Virus record (IMG/VR): IMGVR_UViG_3300020181_000321
Span: 1-45,455 of that record
DNA: 45,455 nt
Origin: a virus
Taxonomy: Duplodnaviria; Caudoviricetes
Strand: one strand, 5' to 3'
Position numbers and translations under genes: made by a program. Within the stretch, counting starts at the first letter, position 1; the number at the start of each line of letters is the position of its first letter. Positions 36,274-45,455 of the stretch are shown one piece after another. The notes below the pieces were generated by a model. The model had not been told where the DNA came from, did not search any database, and saw nothing but the letters and a program-made list of their open reading frames with translations.

Positions 36274-36338
36274 CCCCCTGACCCTGTTCAACCCCCGCCC
36301 GGCAGCGCGCCGGGTGTTCGCCATGCCCGGAGGAGCGA

Positions 36339-36794
36339 ATGGCGCTCGAAAAGGTCAACGCCCGCGACATGATCTTTCAGGTCCGGGCCGAGGACGGCAC
36401 CACCTGGCTGGGGATCTCGAACCTGAACGAGATCACCTTCGACCCCGGCGAGGACGAGGAGGAGGAGGACACCACCGTCTACGAGTCCAAGGGCGACGCC
36501 GAGCACGAGAAGATGCAGCGCGGCGTGTCCGCCGAGCTGTCCGGGTTCGAGACGCTGGACAACATGACCGGCGAGCCGGACCCCGGGCAGGCCCGCTGTG
36601 ACGACATGGCCACCCGCAAGGGGCCCGCCTCGCTCGGCAGCGTGCGGTTCCGGCACCCGAACCAGACCCAGTGGAAGGTGTGGCCGCGCTGCTCGTTCAG
36701 CGCGGGCGAGCGCGGCGGTGGCAACAACGCCAAGGGCTCCTGGGGCATGACCATCAAGCGGTCCGGCTCGTCGACCACGATGGCGGTGTCCTGA
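36339..36794 (+). CDS. Major tail tube protein
   Basis: DTT.Y...G..EH....R, DPGQ, GG.N...W. Confidence 0.8.
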   Translation: MALEKVNARDMIFQVRAEDGTTWLGISNLNEITFDPGEDEEEEDTTVYESKGDAEHEKMQRGVSAELSGFETLDNMTGEPDPGQARCDDMATRKGPASLGSVRFRHPNQTQWKVWPRCSFSAGERGGGNNAKGSWGMTIKRSGSSTTMAVS

Positions 36795-36796
36795 CC

Positions 36797-37315
36797 ATGA
36801 CCAAGCAGCTCTCCCACCCCAACCCCGAGCCGGACGAGGAGTTCGGTGAGGAGGACTTCGCGGCCTTCTGGCGCGACGCGGTCGCCCAGGAGAAGCGCGA
36901 GACCAAGCGGATCTTCGGCGTCGACGTCGCTGTACCGACCGACCTGCCGCTGAACTTCGAGCAGCTCGTCGAGAGCATGGGCGAGTCCACTGACGAGGAC
37001 GACGTCAAGCACCTGTGCTCCATCCTGTTTGGCCAGGACGTGCTGGAGCAGTGGAAGGCCCGCGGCTGCACCGGCCGCCAGTTCCAGGTCCTGTTCCTCT
37101 GGGGCTACGCCAACGGCCAGAACAAGCCCACGACGTTCGCCGAGGCCAAGAAGATGGCGGACGAGGCCGCGGCGGAGGACGCGGCGGGAAAAGCTCGGAC
37201 GGTGCCGAACCGGAAGGACCGGCGCGCGGCAAAGGCATCCTCGGCGACTCGCGCGTCCGGCGCGGCTGGGCGCTCCTCGTCGCGGACTTCCGGCGCGAGT
37301 ACCACATCGGGCTGA
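36797..37315 (+). CDS. Tail assembly chaperone (gpG-like)
   Basis: Between tail tube and tape measure; PNR.DRRA motif. Confidence 0.82.
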   Translation: MTKQLSHPNPEPDEEFGEEDFAAFWRDAVAQEKRETKRIFGVDVAVPTDLPLNFEQLVESMGESTDEDDVKHLCSILFGQDVLEQWKARGCTGRQFQVLFLWGYANGQNKPTTFAEAKKMADEAAAEDAAGKARTVPNRKDRRAAKASSATRASGAAGRSSSRTSGASTTSG

Positions 37316-37461
37316 AAGACATCCCGGGCCTGAGCCAGCGGGAGTTCCTGTTCTACCTCAACGGCCTCAGCGACAACTCGCGCTGGCGGCAGTGGGCCGC
37401 CAAGCAACCCCGCGAGGTCCGCGGTCAGGCCGCTGTGTCCGCGCTGATCAACCGCCTGTAG
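37186..37461 (+). CDS. -1 frameshift extension of the tail chaperone (gpGT-like)
   Basis: Slippery G GGA AAA at 37186-37192 in frame; the -1 frame encodes W....ADF.REY.I...REF...L.GLS..SR. Confidence 0.8.
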   Translation, partial: GKSSDGAEPEGPARGKGILGDSRVRRGWALLVADFRREYHIGLKDIPGLSQREFLFYLNGLSDNSRWRQWAAKQPREVRGQAAVSALINRL

Positions 37462-37477
37462 CACGAGGGGGTGACCG

Positions 37478-39865
37478 GTGGCGCTCACGATCGGCACGCT
37501 CGTCGGCTACCTGCGGATCGACCGCTCGCAGTGGGACCGCGGGCTGGACCGGGCGCGCGCCGGGATGGAGTCGCTCGGCGGCCTGGTGGAGGCCGTCGGG
37601 CGCCGCTCGTCGCTGCCGCTGATCGCGATGCAGGCGATGCAGATCGTCTCGGCGGTGGGTCCGGCGACCGGCGCGCTGCTGGCGATCCCGGCGGTGCTCG
37701 GCGTCATCGGCGTGGGCATGGCCACAGTCCGGGCGGGTGTCGCCGGTGTCGGCGACGCCATGACGGCAGCGGCAGAGGGCGACGCGGCCAAGCTCGAAGA
37801 GGCCCTGTCCAAGTTGGCGCCGTCCGCGCGCGCGTTCGTCATGGCCTGGTCGGGGCTCAAGGCCAAGTGGAAGCCGATGCAGGAGAGCGTCCAGAACCGG
37901 CTGTTCGAGGGGCTGGACGAGGGGATCTCCGGCCTGACACGGCAGACGCTGCCCGCGCTCGCCGTGGGGCTGAACTCCACCTCGCGCAGCCTGTCCGCGC
38001 TCGCCCGCGAAGGTCTCGCCGCAGCGGGCACGCCCATGTTCGCCGGGCAGCTGGAGGAGGCCGGGCGCGGTACCGCCGGCGTGCTGGGCGAGCTGCGCGG
38101 CTCGATCGCCCCGCTGCCCGGCGCGATCCTCGGCGTGGTCAACGCCGGGATGCCGTTCGTGCGGCAGCTGGCGGCGATGGTGGCCGGCGCGGTCAAGGCG
38201 CGCGCGGAGTTCCTCGGCAGCGCCGAGGGCGCCGAGACGATGCGCGCGACGATCCAGCGCGGCGTGGACACCATCGGCCAGATGATCCAGATCGGCCGGA
38301 ACATCGGCGCGGTCATCGGCGGCGTGCTGCGCCAAGCCAACGTGGACGGCTCGAACTTCCTGGGCACGGTGGTGTCGCTGACGGCGCGCATGGCCGCGTG
38401 GGTCAACAGCGCGCAGGGCCAGGATGCCATCGCCAGGGGCTTCGACCTGATCAACCAGGTGGCCGAGCGGGCGGGACAGCTGCTGCCCGCGGTGCTGGAC
38501 GCGCTGCGCACGCTGCTCGACCTCGTGGGCAGCATCCCCGCGCCGATGCAGGAGATGGCGGTCCAGGCCCTCGCCTGGTCCGTCGTGCTGGGCCCGATCA
38601 GCGGCAAGCTCATCGCGATCGGCGGGGCTGCGATCAGCCTGCTCAAGGGCGTCGGCGCGGTCGGCGCGTTCACCGCGAGCGTGGTCCGGATCGTCACCGC
38701 GTCCACCGCGGCGCAGGCCGCGACCGCGCGGGCGTCGGCCGGGATCGTGGCGCGCATGACGGCTGCGGCCGTCAGCGGTGTCGCCTCCAGCGTGAAGTTG
38801 GTCGGGGCCTGGGTCGCCGCGCAGGCGCGCCTGGTCGCGGCGTGGGCGACGATCGCGGCCCGCTCGGTGGCCTCGGCGGCGGCGACCGCGGGCGCGTGGG
38901 CGGCGGCGCAGGTCCGCACGTTGGCCAGCCTCGCCGTCATGGCTGGCGGCTTCGTCGCCCAGGGCGCCGCGATGCTCGCCACGATGGCGGTGACGGCCGC
39001 CGGTGTCGTCGCGGGTTGGGTCACGATGGGTGTGCAGTCCCTGATCCAGGCCGCCCGGATGGCCGCCGCCTGGGTGCTGGCCATGGGCCCCGTCGGCTGG
39101 ATCATCGCCGCCGTGGTCGCCCTGGTGGCGCTGATCATCGCCAACTGGGAGACCGTCTCCAGCTTCACTAAAGCGTTGTGGGACAAGGTATGGGGCTGGG
39201 TCAAGTCCGCTTGGTCGTCCATTGTGGATGGAGTGCGGGCCGGGGTTCAGTGGGTGCTCGACGCGGTCGCCTGGCTGGGTCAGCTCCCGGGCCGGGTCGC
39301 CTCGTGGTTCCGCGGGGTCTACGACTCGGCGGTCGGCAAGCTCGGCGAGCTGCTCAGCTGGCTCGGCAGCCTGCCGGGACGCGTGCTCTCCGCGCTCGGC
39401 GACTTCGGCTCGCTCCTGCTCCAGTCTGGAAAAGACCTGGTCAGCGGCATGGTGCGGGGCATCGGCAACATGGGCTCCGCGATCAAGGACAAGATCATGT
39501 CAATGGTGCGGGGCGCCTGGGACGCGGTGAAGTCGTTCTTCGGCATTGCGAGCCCGTCGAAGCTGATGGACTGGGCGGGCCGGATGATCGGCAGGGGCCT
39601 GGTGCGCGGCATCAACGGCATGGTGGGCGCGGTCGGCGTGGCTGCGGACCGGCTCGCCGTGGCTGCCACGCCGGACATCGCGCCCGTCGGCCTCGGCATG
39701 AGCACCGACGCGGGCGGCCCGCAGGGCTCGATCAGGCCGGGCCCGGGCGGACGCGGCGAGGGCGACGGCGCGCTGGTCAGCATCGGCACGTTCATCGCCC
39801 ACCCCGGGCAGACGCCAGGCGCGCTCGCGGGCGAGCTCGCCTGGCGCTCCAAGGGCAGGGGGTGA
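37478..39865 (+). CDS. Tape measure protein
   Basis: 795 aa, Ala-rich, MALTIGTLVGYL start, Trp periodicity, FGIASPSK motif. Confidence 0.95.
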   Translation: MALTIGTLVGYLRIDRSQWDRGLDRARAGMESLGGLVEAVGRRSSLPLIAMQAMQIVSAVGPATGALLAIPAVLGVIGVGMATVRAGVAGVGDAMTAAAEGDAAKLEEALSKLAPSARAFVMAWSGLKAKWKPMQESVQNRLFEGLDEGISGLTRQTLPALAVGLNSTSRSLSALAREGLAAAGTPMFAGQLEEAGRGTAGVLGELRGSIAPLPGAILGVVNAGMPFVRQLAAMVAGAVKARAEFLGSAEGAETMRATIQRGVDTIGQMIQIGRNIGAVIGGVLRQANVDGSNFLGTVVSLTARMAAWVNSAQGQDAIARGFDLINQVAERAGQLLPAVLDALRTLLDLVGSIPAPMQEMAVQALAWSVVLGPISGKLIAIGGAAISLLKGVGAVGAFTASVVRIVTASTAAQAATARASAGIVARMTAAAVSGVASSVKLVGAWVAAQARLVAAWATIAARSVASAAATAGAWAAAQVRTLASLAVMAGGFVAQGAAMLATMAVTAAGVVAGWVTMGVQSLIQAARMAAAWVLAMGPVGWIIAAVVALVALIIANWETVSSFTKALWDKVWGWVKSAWSSIVDGVRAGVQWVLDAVAWLGQLPGRVASWFRGVYDSAVGKLGELLSWLGSLPGRVLSALGDFGSLLLQSGKDLVSGMVRGIGNMGSAIKDKIMSMVRGAWDAVKSFFGIASPSKLMDWAGRMIGRGLVRGINGMVGAVGVAADRLAVAATPDIAPVGLGMSTDAGGPQGSIRPGPGGRGEGDGALVSIGTFIAHPGQTPGALAGELAWRSKGRG

Positions 39866-40779
39866 CCGTGACGACCCCGGCGGCCGTGGACGAGCTGGTC
39901 GACCTGCTCACCCAGGACGGCCAGATCCAGTGGCGCGGCACCGTCCTGGGCGGCGGCTCGCCGTACGGATGGGCCGACCTGCAGGGCTGGTACGACCTGC
40001 CGGAGCAGCGCGGCTCCAACAGCGCGCTGCCCGGCTACCACGGCGCCTTCGCCGGGCGGCTGGTCTCCGGCGAACGGGTGATCACCTACGACTGGAAATC
40101 CCGGGCCGACTCGCTCGCCGAGTTCGGCGCGGCGATGACCCAGCTGCGCCGGATCACCGCCCCCGACGAGGACCCGGTCGAGGAACCGCTGATCGTGCGC
40201 CTGGACGGGCAGTCGCTGCTGGCGTGGGCCCGCTGCGACCGCCGGATCATCCCCACCAGCCGGCAGTACGCGGTGGGCCGCGCGAACGGCGCGATCCAGT
40301 GGACCGCGACCGACCCGCGGTTGTACTCGGTCCAGGAGCACGTCGAACCCGTCCCGCTGGCCACGCCCGGCACCAGCGGCCTGGACCTCTCCGGCGGCGG
40401 CCTGGACTTCGGCGGTGGCGGTCTGGACTTCGGCGGCGGCCAGCAGGGCGGCGTCGTCACCGCCACCAACGCCGGCCACGTGCCCACCTGGCCGACGTTC
40501 GACGTGGTCGGCCCGTGCACCGGGCCGACCATCACCTACAGCGGCCGGCTGCTGCGCTTCGACTCCGACTTCGTGGTGCTGGCCGGGCAGACCATGACCA
40601 TCGACACCCGGCCCGGCTGGCGCACCGTCGAGATCCGGGGCGTCAGCGTGCGCCAACACCTGCTGGTCAACGAGTGGACCCCGCTCGAACCCGAGGTCCC
40701 CACCCAGATCCAGTTCACCGCAGCGGCTTACGACGCCGCTGCACAGCTCGTCGTCCGCTGGCGGGACGCATGGCACTAG
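39862..40779 (+). CDS. Distal tail (Dit-like) protein
   Basis: GW.D.P, ATDPR.Y, NAG...TWP....GP, W..L.P, W.DAW. Confidence 0.85.
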   Translation: MTVTTPAAVDELVDLLTQDGQIQWRGTVLGGGSPYGWADLQGWYDLPEQRGSNSALPGYHGAFAGRLVSGERVITYDWKSRADSLAEFGAAMTQLRRITAPDEDPVEEPLIVRLDGQSLLAWARCDRRIIPTSRQYAVGRANGAIQWTATDPRLYSVQEHVEPVPLATPGTSGLDLSGGGLDFGGGGLDFGGGQQGGVVTATNAGHVPTWPTFDVVGPCTGPTITYSGRLLRFDSDFVVLAGQTMTIDTRPGWRTVEIRGVSVRQHLLVNEWTPLEPEVPTQIQFTAAAYDAAAQLVVRWRDAWH

Positions 40780-40800
40780 CAGCAGAAGGAGGTGTGCCCC

Positions 40801-42018
40801 GTGGCACGTGACCCCTGGGCGGTGATGAACGGCTCGTCGAGGGTGGTCGACGCCGAGGACGCGCGCGTCGCGATCGGCGCCCTGTGGACGCCCGGGAGCA
40901 GCGCGGTCGACACCCGCCAAGGGCTGCGGCCGGGCCCCGGCGACCCGGGCCGGGTGCAGCAGACCGGCACCCCCGGCCCCAACGTCACCGTGAACAGCTT
41001 CCAGGGCCTGGTGACCGCGACGCGCGGCGCGGGCGGCTACATCGTCACCGAGCCCGCGAAGCTCACCCTGCCGATCCTGGACATCCCCGCGGACCCCAGC
41101 AACGCCCGCCGGGACCTGATCCTCTACCGCCAGTACGACACCTACTACGGCGACCCGGCCACCCAGTCCGGTGTGATCCGCGTGCCGGGCACCCCCTCGG
41201 GCAGCCCGGTCGACCCCAACCTGTCGGCCTACCCGGACTACGTGCTCCTCGCGCGCGTCCGCGTCCCCGCTGGCGCGTCGTCGATCACCGACGCGATGAT
41301 CGACGACCTGCGTCCCGGGTGGACCGTGGGGCTCGGCGGCGTGCTGCCCGTGCGCGGCGAGTCCGAGCGCGACGACCTCGACCCGTACCCCGGGATGACG
41401 ATCGACCGCCTCGACCTCGGCTGGCAAGAGCGGCACGACGGCACCGCGTGGCGCGCCCCCAACGGGGTCACCACCACGGCGCTCAGCTCCATCACCCACC
41501 CGCTCACCGGGCAGACCGCGGTCCTGAGCAGCGACCAGCTGGAGTACCGCTGGTCCGGCAGCTCATGGCAGGCGACCCGGTACGTGGCCCCGGCGCCGGT
41601 GCTGCAGCGCCGGAACAACACCCCCACCCCCGTTCCCGCCGCGACGAACACCCGGGTCCCGTGGGATACGGAGATGACCGATCCCCGGGGCATCAGCTAC
41701 AGCGCGGCGAACCGCTCGTTCACCTTCGCTCGTGCCGGTCGGTACACGATCGACGCCAGCATCCGCGTGGACACCCTGACGACCCTGTACCTGTGGGCCG
41801 CCAAGACGGCCGGCACCGGCACCGGCAACCGCGGCAAGACCGCAGCCAGTCAGGTGCTCAACCTCGGGATGTCCGCCAAGATCCGCGTGCTCGCGGGGGC
41901 CGAGGAGTGGTCGGTCTGGATGTGGTCCGCGTTGGCGAACAACCTGGTGCGGGAGAGCACGACCGACGGCGAGTCGGTCGCCCCGTGGATCCACGTCAGC
42001 TACGACGGTCCCCTGTAG
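40801..42018 (+). CDS. Minor tail / receptor-binding protein
   Basis: AD.SN.R.DL, GTP..SP..P, LA.V.V.AG..SIT...I.D.R; variable C-terminus. Confidence 0.8.
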   Translation: MARDPWAVMNGSSRVVDAEDARVAIGALWTPGSSAVDTRQGLRPGPGDPGRVQQTGTPGPNVTVNSFQGLVTATRGAGGYIVTEPAKLTLPILDIPADPSNARRDLILYRQYDTYYGDPATQSGVIRVPGTPSGSPVDPNLSAYPDYVLLARVRVPAGASSITDAMIDDLRPGWTVGLGGVLPVRGESERDDLDPYPGMTIDRLDLGWQERHDGTAWRAPNGVTTTALSSITHPLTGQTAVLSSDQLEYRWSGSSWQATRYVAPAPVLQRRNNTPTPVPAATNTRVPWDTEMTDPRGISYSAANRSFTFARAGRYTIDASIRVDTLTTLYLWAAKTAGTGTGNRGKTAASQVLNLGMSAKIRVLAGAEEWSVWMWSALANNLVRESTTDGESVAPWIHVSYDGPL

Positions 42019-42034
42019 ACGGCGAGGTGGTGAC

Positions 42035-43174
42035 GTGACCGCGCAGTGGACCTACACGGTGCACGACCTCATGACCAACGCCATGCTGGGCGAGCTGCCG
42101 CTGACCGGCGTTGGCTACAACCTGGTGCTCAACGACGCCGGCCAGCTCGGCGGCCAGTTCCAGGTGGACGGCAGGAACAACCCACGCAAGCGGGTCCCCG
42201 ACCCATACGACGTGACGATGCCCTGCCGGCGCAGCGTCTACGCCTGGCGCGACGGCGTCCCGCAGTGGGGCGGCATCATCTGGACCCGCAAGTACGACTC
42301 CAGCACGGGCATGGTGGACATCCAGTGCGCGGACTGGTGGTCGTACTTCGACCACCGCAAGGTGTTGCCGCTGTTGTCCTTCCCGGTCGCGGTGGAGTTC
42401 GAGGTCGCCAACCTCGCGGTTGGCGCGGCCGGGATGGACCAGAACCGCATCGCCCGCTACCTCGTGCAGCTGGCGCAGACGCACACCGGCGGCGACCTCG
42501 GCCTGGTGCTCGACGACACCACCTCGGGCATCGACCGCGACCGCACGTGGGCCGGGTACGAGCTGGCCGACGTCGGCGAGGAGCTGCGCCGGCTCACCCA
42601 GGTGCTCGACGGGCCCGACATCGTGTTCGGGGTGTCCACCTCCCCGGACTCGTCCGGGCGGCCGGTCCGCACGATGCGCACCGGTGACCCGTGGCTGGGC
42701 CAGCAGGGCGCCGCGTGGGTGTGGGAGTACGACGCCAACGTCACCGCCTACACCTGGCCCAGCGACGGCACCCGGTACGCCGCCAGGACGTTCGCGGTCG
42801 GCGAGGGGATGGACTTCGGCACTCGCATCGCGGTGACGCAGCAGCTGCGCGACGGCTGGCCGCTGACCGAGACCGAGTACGCCTACAGCAGCGTGTCCAC
42901 CCCGGCCACTTTGCAGGCGCACGCCGACTCCGACCAGATCGTGTCACGGCTGCCGGTGGTGCTGCCCACGCTGACCGTGCGCGGCGACCGGGTGCCGCGC
43001 ATCGGCGAGTGGGGCCTGGGCGACGACGGCCGCGTGATCATCCAGGACGACTTCCACTCCAACCGCATCGAGACCACAATGCGGATCATCCGCGCGGACG
43101 TCACCCCCGGCGACGACAGCGAGGACGAACGCGTCGAATTCACCATGGCGCCGCTGCTGGAGGACGTCTCGTGA
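42035..43174 (+). CDS. Minor tail protein (Gp37-like, tail tip)
   Basis: DL.T....ELPL, R.G.P.WGGIIW, GPD, TL..HA, GD. Confidence 0.85.
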   Translation: MTAQWTYTVHDLMTNAMLGELPLTGVGYNLVLNDAGQLGGQFQVDGRNNPRKRVPDPYDVTMPCRRSVYAWRDGVPQWGGIIWTRKYDSSTGMVDIQCADWWSYFDHRKVLPLLSFPVAVEFEVANLAVGAAGMDQNRIARYLVQLAQTHTGGDLGLVLDDTTSGIDRDRTWAGYELADVGEELRRLTQVLDGPDIVFGVSTSPDSSGRPVRTMRTGDPWLGQQGAAWVWEYDANVTAYTWPSDGTRYAARTFAVGEGMDFGTRIAVTQQLRDGWPLTETEYAYSSVSTPATLQAHADSDQIVSRLPVVLPTLTVRGDRVPRIGEWGLGDDGRVIIQDDFHSNRIETTMRIIRADVTPGDDSEDERVEFTMAPLLEDVS

Positions 43175-43178
43175 GGGG

Positions 43179-43892
43179 GTGGGCGTGGGCCAGGTAAACC
43201 AGCCCTCAAATCTATTCGACCTGTATCGCCAACTGCGCAAAGAGTTCGCCGAGTTCCGCAAGAACGTCGGACTCAGCTCGGCAATCCTGAGGAAGGGCGG
43301 GTTGAGCCTGCTGGAAGACGCCTTCCTTCGGATGGTTGACGACTTGGGCGTGGAAATCGTCTACATCGGCCCGGACGGTGCCGGCAGGCAGATGATCAGG
43401 ATTAGACGTGAAGGCGGCGCCGACATCCTCTACACCTACGCGGCCATCACCGGCACGCAGTTCTGGGCCCTCACCGATGCTGACTCGAACATCATCATGA
43501 GCGACGACGCGGTGTCACAGCAGGGAATCGCACGTCCCAGCGTGCCGATCGAGACGAGGATCGCGCGGTGGGACAACCTGCCGTCAACTGATCAGGCCGA
43601 GTTCGAGACCGTCACCGACACCGGGTTCTTCTTCAAGCAGCAGCCGTTCCTCCACGCGCAGCTTCTCACCTGCACGACGAACCCCGGCACGAGCGGCGAG
43701 GCGCGGCTGATGCTCGACGGTGTCCAGGTCGGCAGCATTGTCCCGGTCGCATTCTCGCTGAACTTCGCCAGTGCCACGTTTGTCGTACCCGGCTCGCACA
43801 TGTCACAGCACCGGCTGGAGCTGGAGTGCCGGCGCACCGCGGGCACAGGACGGGTCGGGGCGTCGATGGTCGTACGAGGGGAGCAGTCATGA
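43179..43892 (+). CDS. Minor tail protein
   Basis: N-terminal coiled coil, DD...G.ARP; follows the tail tip gene. Confidence 0.75.
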   Translation: MGVGQVNQPSNLFDLYRQLRKEFAEFRKNVGLSSAILRKGGLSLLEDAFLRMVDDLGVEIVYIGPDGAGRQMIRIRREGGADILYTYAAITGTQFWALTDADSNIIMSDDAVSQQGIARPSVPIETRIARWDNLPSTDQAEFETVTDTGFFFKQQPFLHAQLLTCTTNPGTSGEARLMLDGVQVGSIVPVAFSLNFASATFVVPGSHMSQHRLELECRRTAGTGRVGASMVVRGEQS

Positions 43893-44140
43893 CCGAATCT
43901 CTTGCGGACGTGGAAATCCTCGACGCGTCGCATCCCGTCAGCGAAGCCACCACCGACCGACCGGCAATCAACACCCCACGCACGCCACCGCCCACCGGCC
44001 TCCTCGTCGGAGAGCGGTGGGCGACTGACGGTGGTGTGGAGCGGGCGCCGACGGCTACTGCCCAGGCCGCCACTGGTCACACGGCACCCGGGTTCCGTCC
44101 GGAAGCGCACACATCGCCGTCGTCTCCGTCGGCGGGTTGA
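43889..44140 (+). CDS. Possible small tail-associated ORF
   Basis: ATGA coupling, but the 3' end overlaps the opposite-strand gene. Confidence 0.35.
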   Translation: MTESLADVEILDASHPVSEATTDRPAINTPRTPPPTGLLVGERWATDGGVERAPTATAQAATGHTAPGFRPEAHTSPSSPSAG

Positions 44141-44525
44141 CCACCGGCGGGCCGGGCGGAGCGGGCGGCACCACCGGAGTCGTAGTCGTCGGCTCGATCA
44201 CCGGCGGCTCGTCGGTCTGCTGGACGCCCGCCTGCCCTTGGCCCTGCTGTTGCACCGGTTGCTGGCCCTGCGGATCGGCGGGCACGGGCGCCACTACGGC
44301 ACCGGTCGTGTCGGCCGCCGTGATGCTCGTCGACGTCGACGTCGACGTCGGGGCGGTCGTGCTGGAGCCGTCGACCTGGACGACCAGCTCGGCCCCCTGC
44401 TCCTGGCCCGGCTGAGCGGAGCCGGTCAGCCGGCTGGCGATGGCCCAGCCACCGGCGATGACCACGACCAGCAGGACCGCGACCAGCGGGATTAACACGT
44501 TGCGACGAACGCGCCACGACTGCAC
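44055..44525 (-). CDS. Membrane-anchored Pro/Thr/Gln-rich protein (moron)
   Basis: N-terminal TM, low-complexity stalk, C-terminal C-x9-C. Confidence 0.65.
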   Translation of the reverse strand: MQSWRVRRNVLIPLVAVLLVVVIAGGWAIASRLTGSAQPGQEQGAELVVQVDGSSTTAPTSTSTSTSITAADTTGAVVAPVPADPQGQQPVQQQGQGQAGVQQTDEPPVIEPTTTTPVVPPAPPGPPVVNPPTETTAMCALPDGTRVPCDQWRPGQ

Positions 44526-44697
44526 GAGACCACCCCTGGGAGATAAGGCGCCCGCGCGCGTGCGGGCGTCACCGATCTATCGGCGGACCGTACTGGCTGC
44601 GTTGCACTGCGCGGCCGGAAACCACCCGTGCGGAGCAAAACAATCACGTTCCGTCGCTCACCCATCACCTATTGCGCAACTACCTCAGGAGGGGTGA

Positions 44698-44958
44698 GTG
44701 GATGACATCGCGGCGCTGGTCACGGCGTTCGGAGGGCTCATCACGGCGGTGGCGGGCGCGTGGGCGCTGGTGGTCAGCACCCTGCGGGCCGGGCGCCGGG
44801 AGCCGCGCGCTGCGGCGCGCGACGCCGCGCAGCGTGTCGTCGACGCGCTGCTCGACGCGGCGGCCGACGGCGAGATCACGCCCGAGGAGACCGCGGCGAT
44901 CCGCGCACTACAGCAGGACCAGGACCAGGACCAGCGGCGAGAGGAGGGCCCGCGGTGA
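44698..44958 (+). CDS. Small membrane protein (holin-like)
   Basis: AGGAGG RBS; N-terminal TM segment; lysis-region position. Confidence 0.55.
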   Translation: MDDIAALVTAFGGLITAVAGAWALVVSTLRAGRREPRAAARDAAQRVVDALLDAAADGEITPEETAAIRALQQDQDQDQRREEGPR

Positions 44959-45455
44959 GCACCGATGACCGGCTCGATGTCGTCGTCGACCAGGCGGTGC
45001 GGGATGCCCGCGATCCGGCCACGCGCCGGTGGCAGCGCGTCGGTATCGCCGCGCTCGGCGTGGGCCTGCTGGTCGTGGCCGTGATGATCGGCTACCAGGC
45101 GGTGACCATCGGGGTGCTCGGCGACCAGGCCGACCGCAACGCCATCGCGGCGCAGCAGCTCGCCGAGCAGGTGCGCGCGCTGGGCGGCACCCCGAGCGTG
45201 CCGCCGCCCGTCCCGGGCGAGCGCGGCGAACCCGGCGCCCAGGGCGAGCAGGGCCGTCCCGGTCCGGCGGGCCGGGACGGCGAGGACGGGGTCGACGGGC
45301 GCTCGCCGCCGTGCCTGGCCGAGCCGGCGCAGTGCCGCGGCACCGACGGCACCGACGGCACACCCGGCGCGGCGGGCACCGACGGCACCGCCGGCGAGCC
45401 CGGCCGCGACGGCGCGCCCGGCCGCGACGGCGTCGACGGCCAGCCCGGCGCGCCC
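44955..45455 (+). CDS. TM-anchored collagen-like protein (partial, runs off window)
   Basis: TM, LAEQVR.LGGTP, then Gly-X-Y repeats; absent from the ORF track because it has no stop in the window. Confidence 0.85.
   Translation, partial: MSTDDRLDVVVDQAVRDARDPATRRWQRVGIAALGVGLLVVAVMIGYQAVTIGVLGDQADRNAIAAQQLAEQVRALGGTPSVPPPVPGERGEPGAQGEQGRPGPAGRDGEDGVDGRSPPCLAEPAQCRGTDGTDGTPGAAGTDGTAGEPGRDGAPGRDGVDGQPGAP

Larger units (their letters stand above)
1..45455. mobile_element. Temperate siphovirus-like prophage of an actinomycete, truncated at the right end
   Basis: Canonical module order: integrase, repressor/Cro, early genes, replication, terminase, portal, capsid, tail, tape measure. Genes are tightly coupled by GTGA/ATGA overlaps. 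Confidence 0.97.

Noticed and set aside
40378-40440. Three 21-bp near-repeats (GLDxxGG)
   Set aside because: In-frame peptide repeat in the distal tail protein; no spacers, so not CRISPR.
1-45455. attL/attR, tRNA, CRISPR array, reverse transcriptase/DGR, endolysin
   Set aside because: None recognised by eye; att sites and lysin probably lie outside the window.

Overview
High-GC actinobacterial temperate siphovirus-type prophage, nearly complete. The window starts at the integrase stop codon and ends inside a collagen-like gene; no att site or endolysin is visible. Order: tyrosine integrase and immunity switch (1-2.8 kb); early genes including DUF5131, an excisionase-like HTH, a RecE-like nuclease with partner, DUF2303, a replication initiator with internal iterons and DnaA boxes, and ASCH (2.9-18 kb); an accessory island with an operator-controlled two-gene unit and a HicAB-like pair (18.1-20.1 kb); a hairpin-dense ~450 bp non-coding leader and a fibre gene with a hydrolase-like domain (21.4-23.8 kb); terminase, two inserted small genes, portal, and a minor capsid (MuF-like) protein carrying tandem HipA/CtkA-like kinase and VIP2-type ADP-ribosyltransferase domains followed by a tiny acidic ORF; scaffold, capsid, neck, tail tube, a -1 frameshifted tail chaperone, tape measure and tail tip; then the start of a probable lysis region. 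All calls come from motifs read by eye and from synteny; no database searches were run. The best candidates for something new are the virion-borne kinase+ART dual effector, the acr-aca-like autoregulated unit with shared RNA hairpins, and the structured leader RNA.
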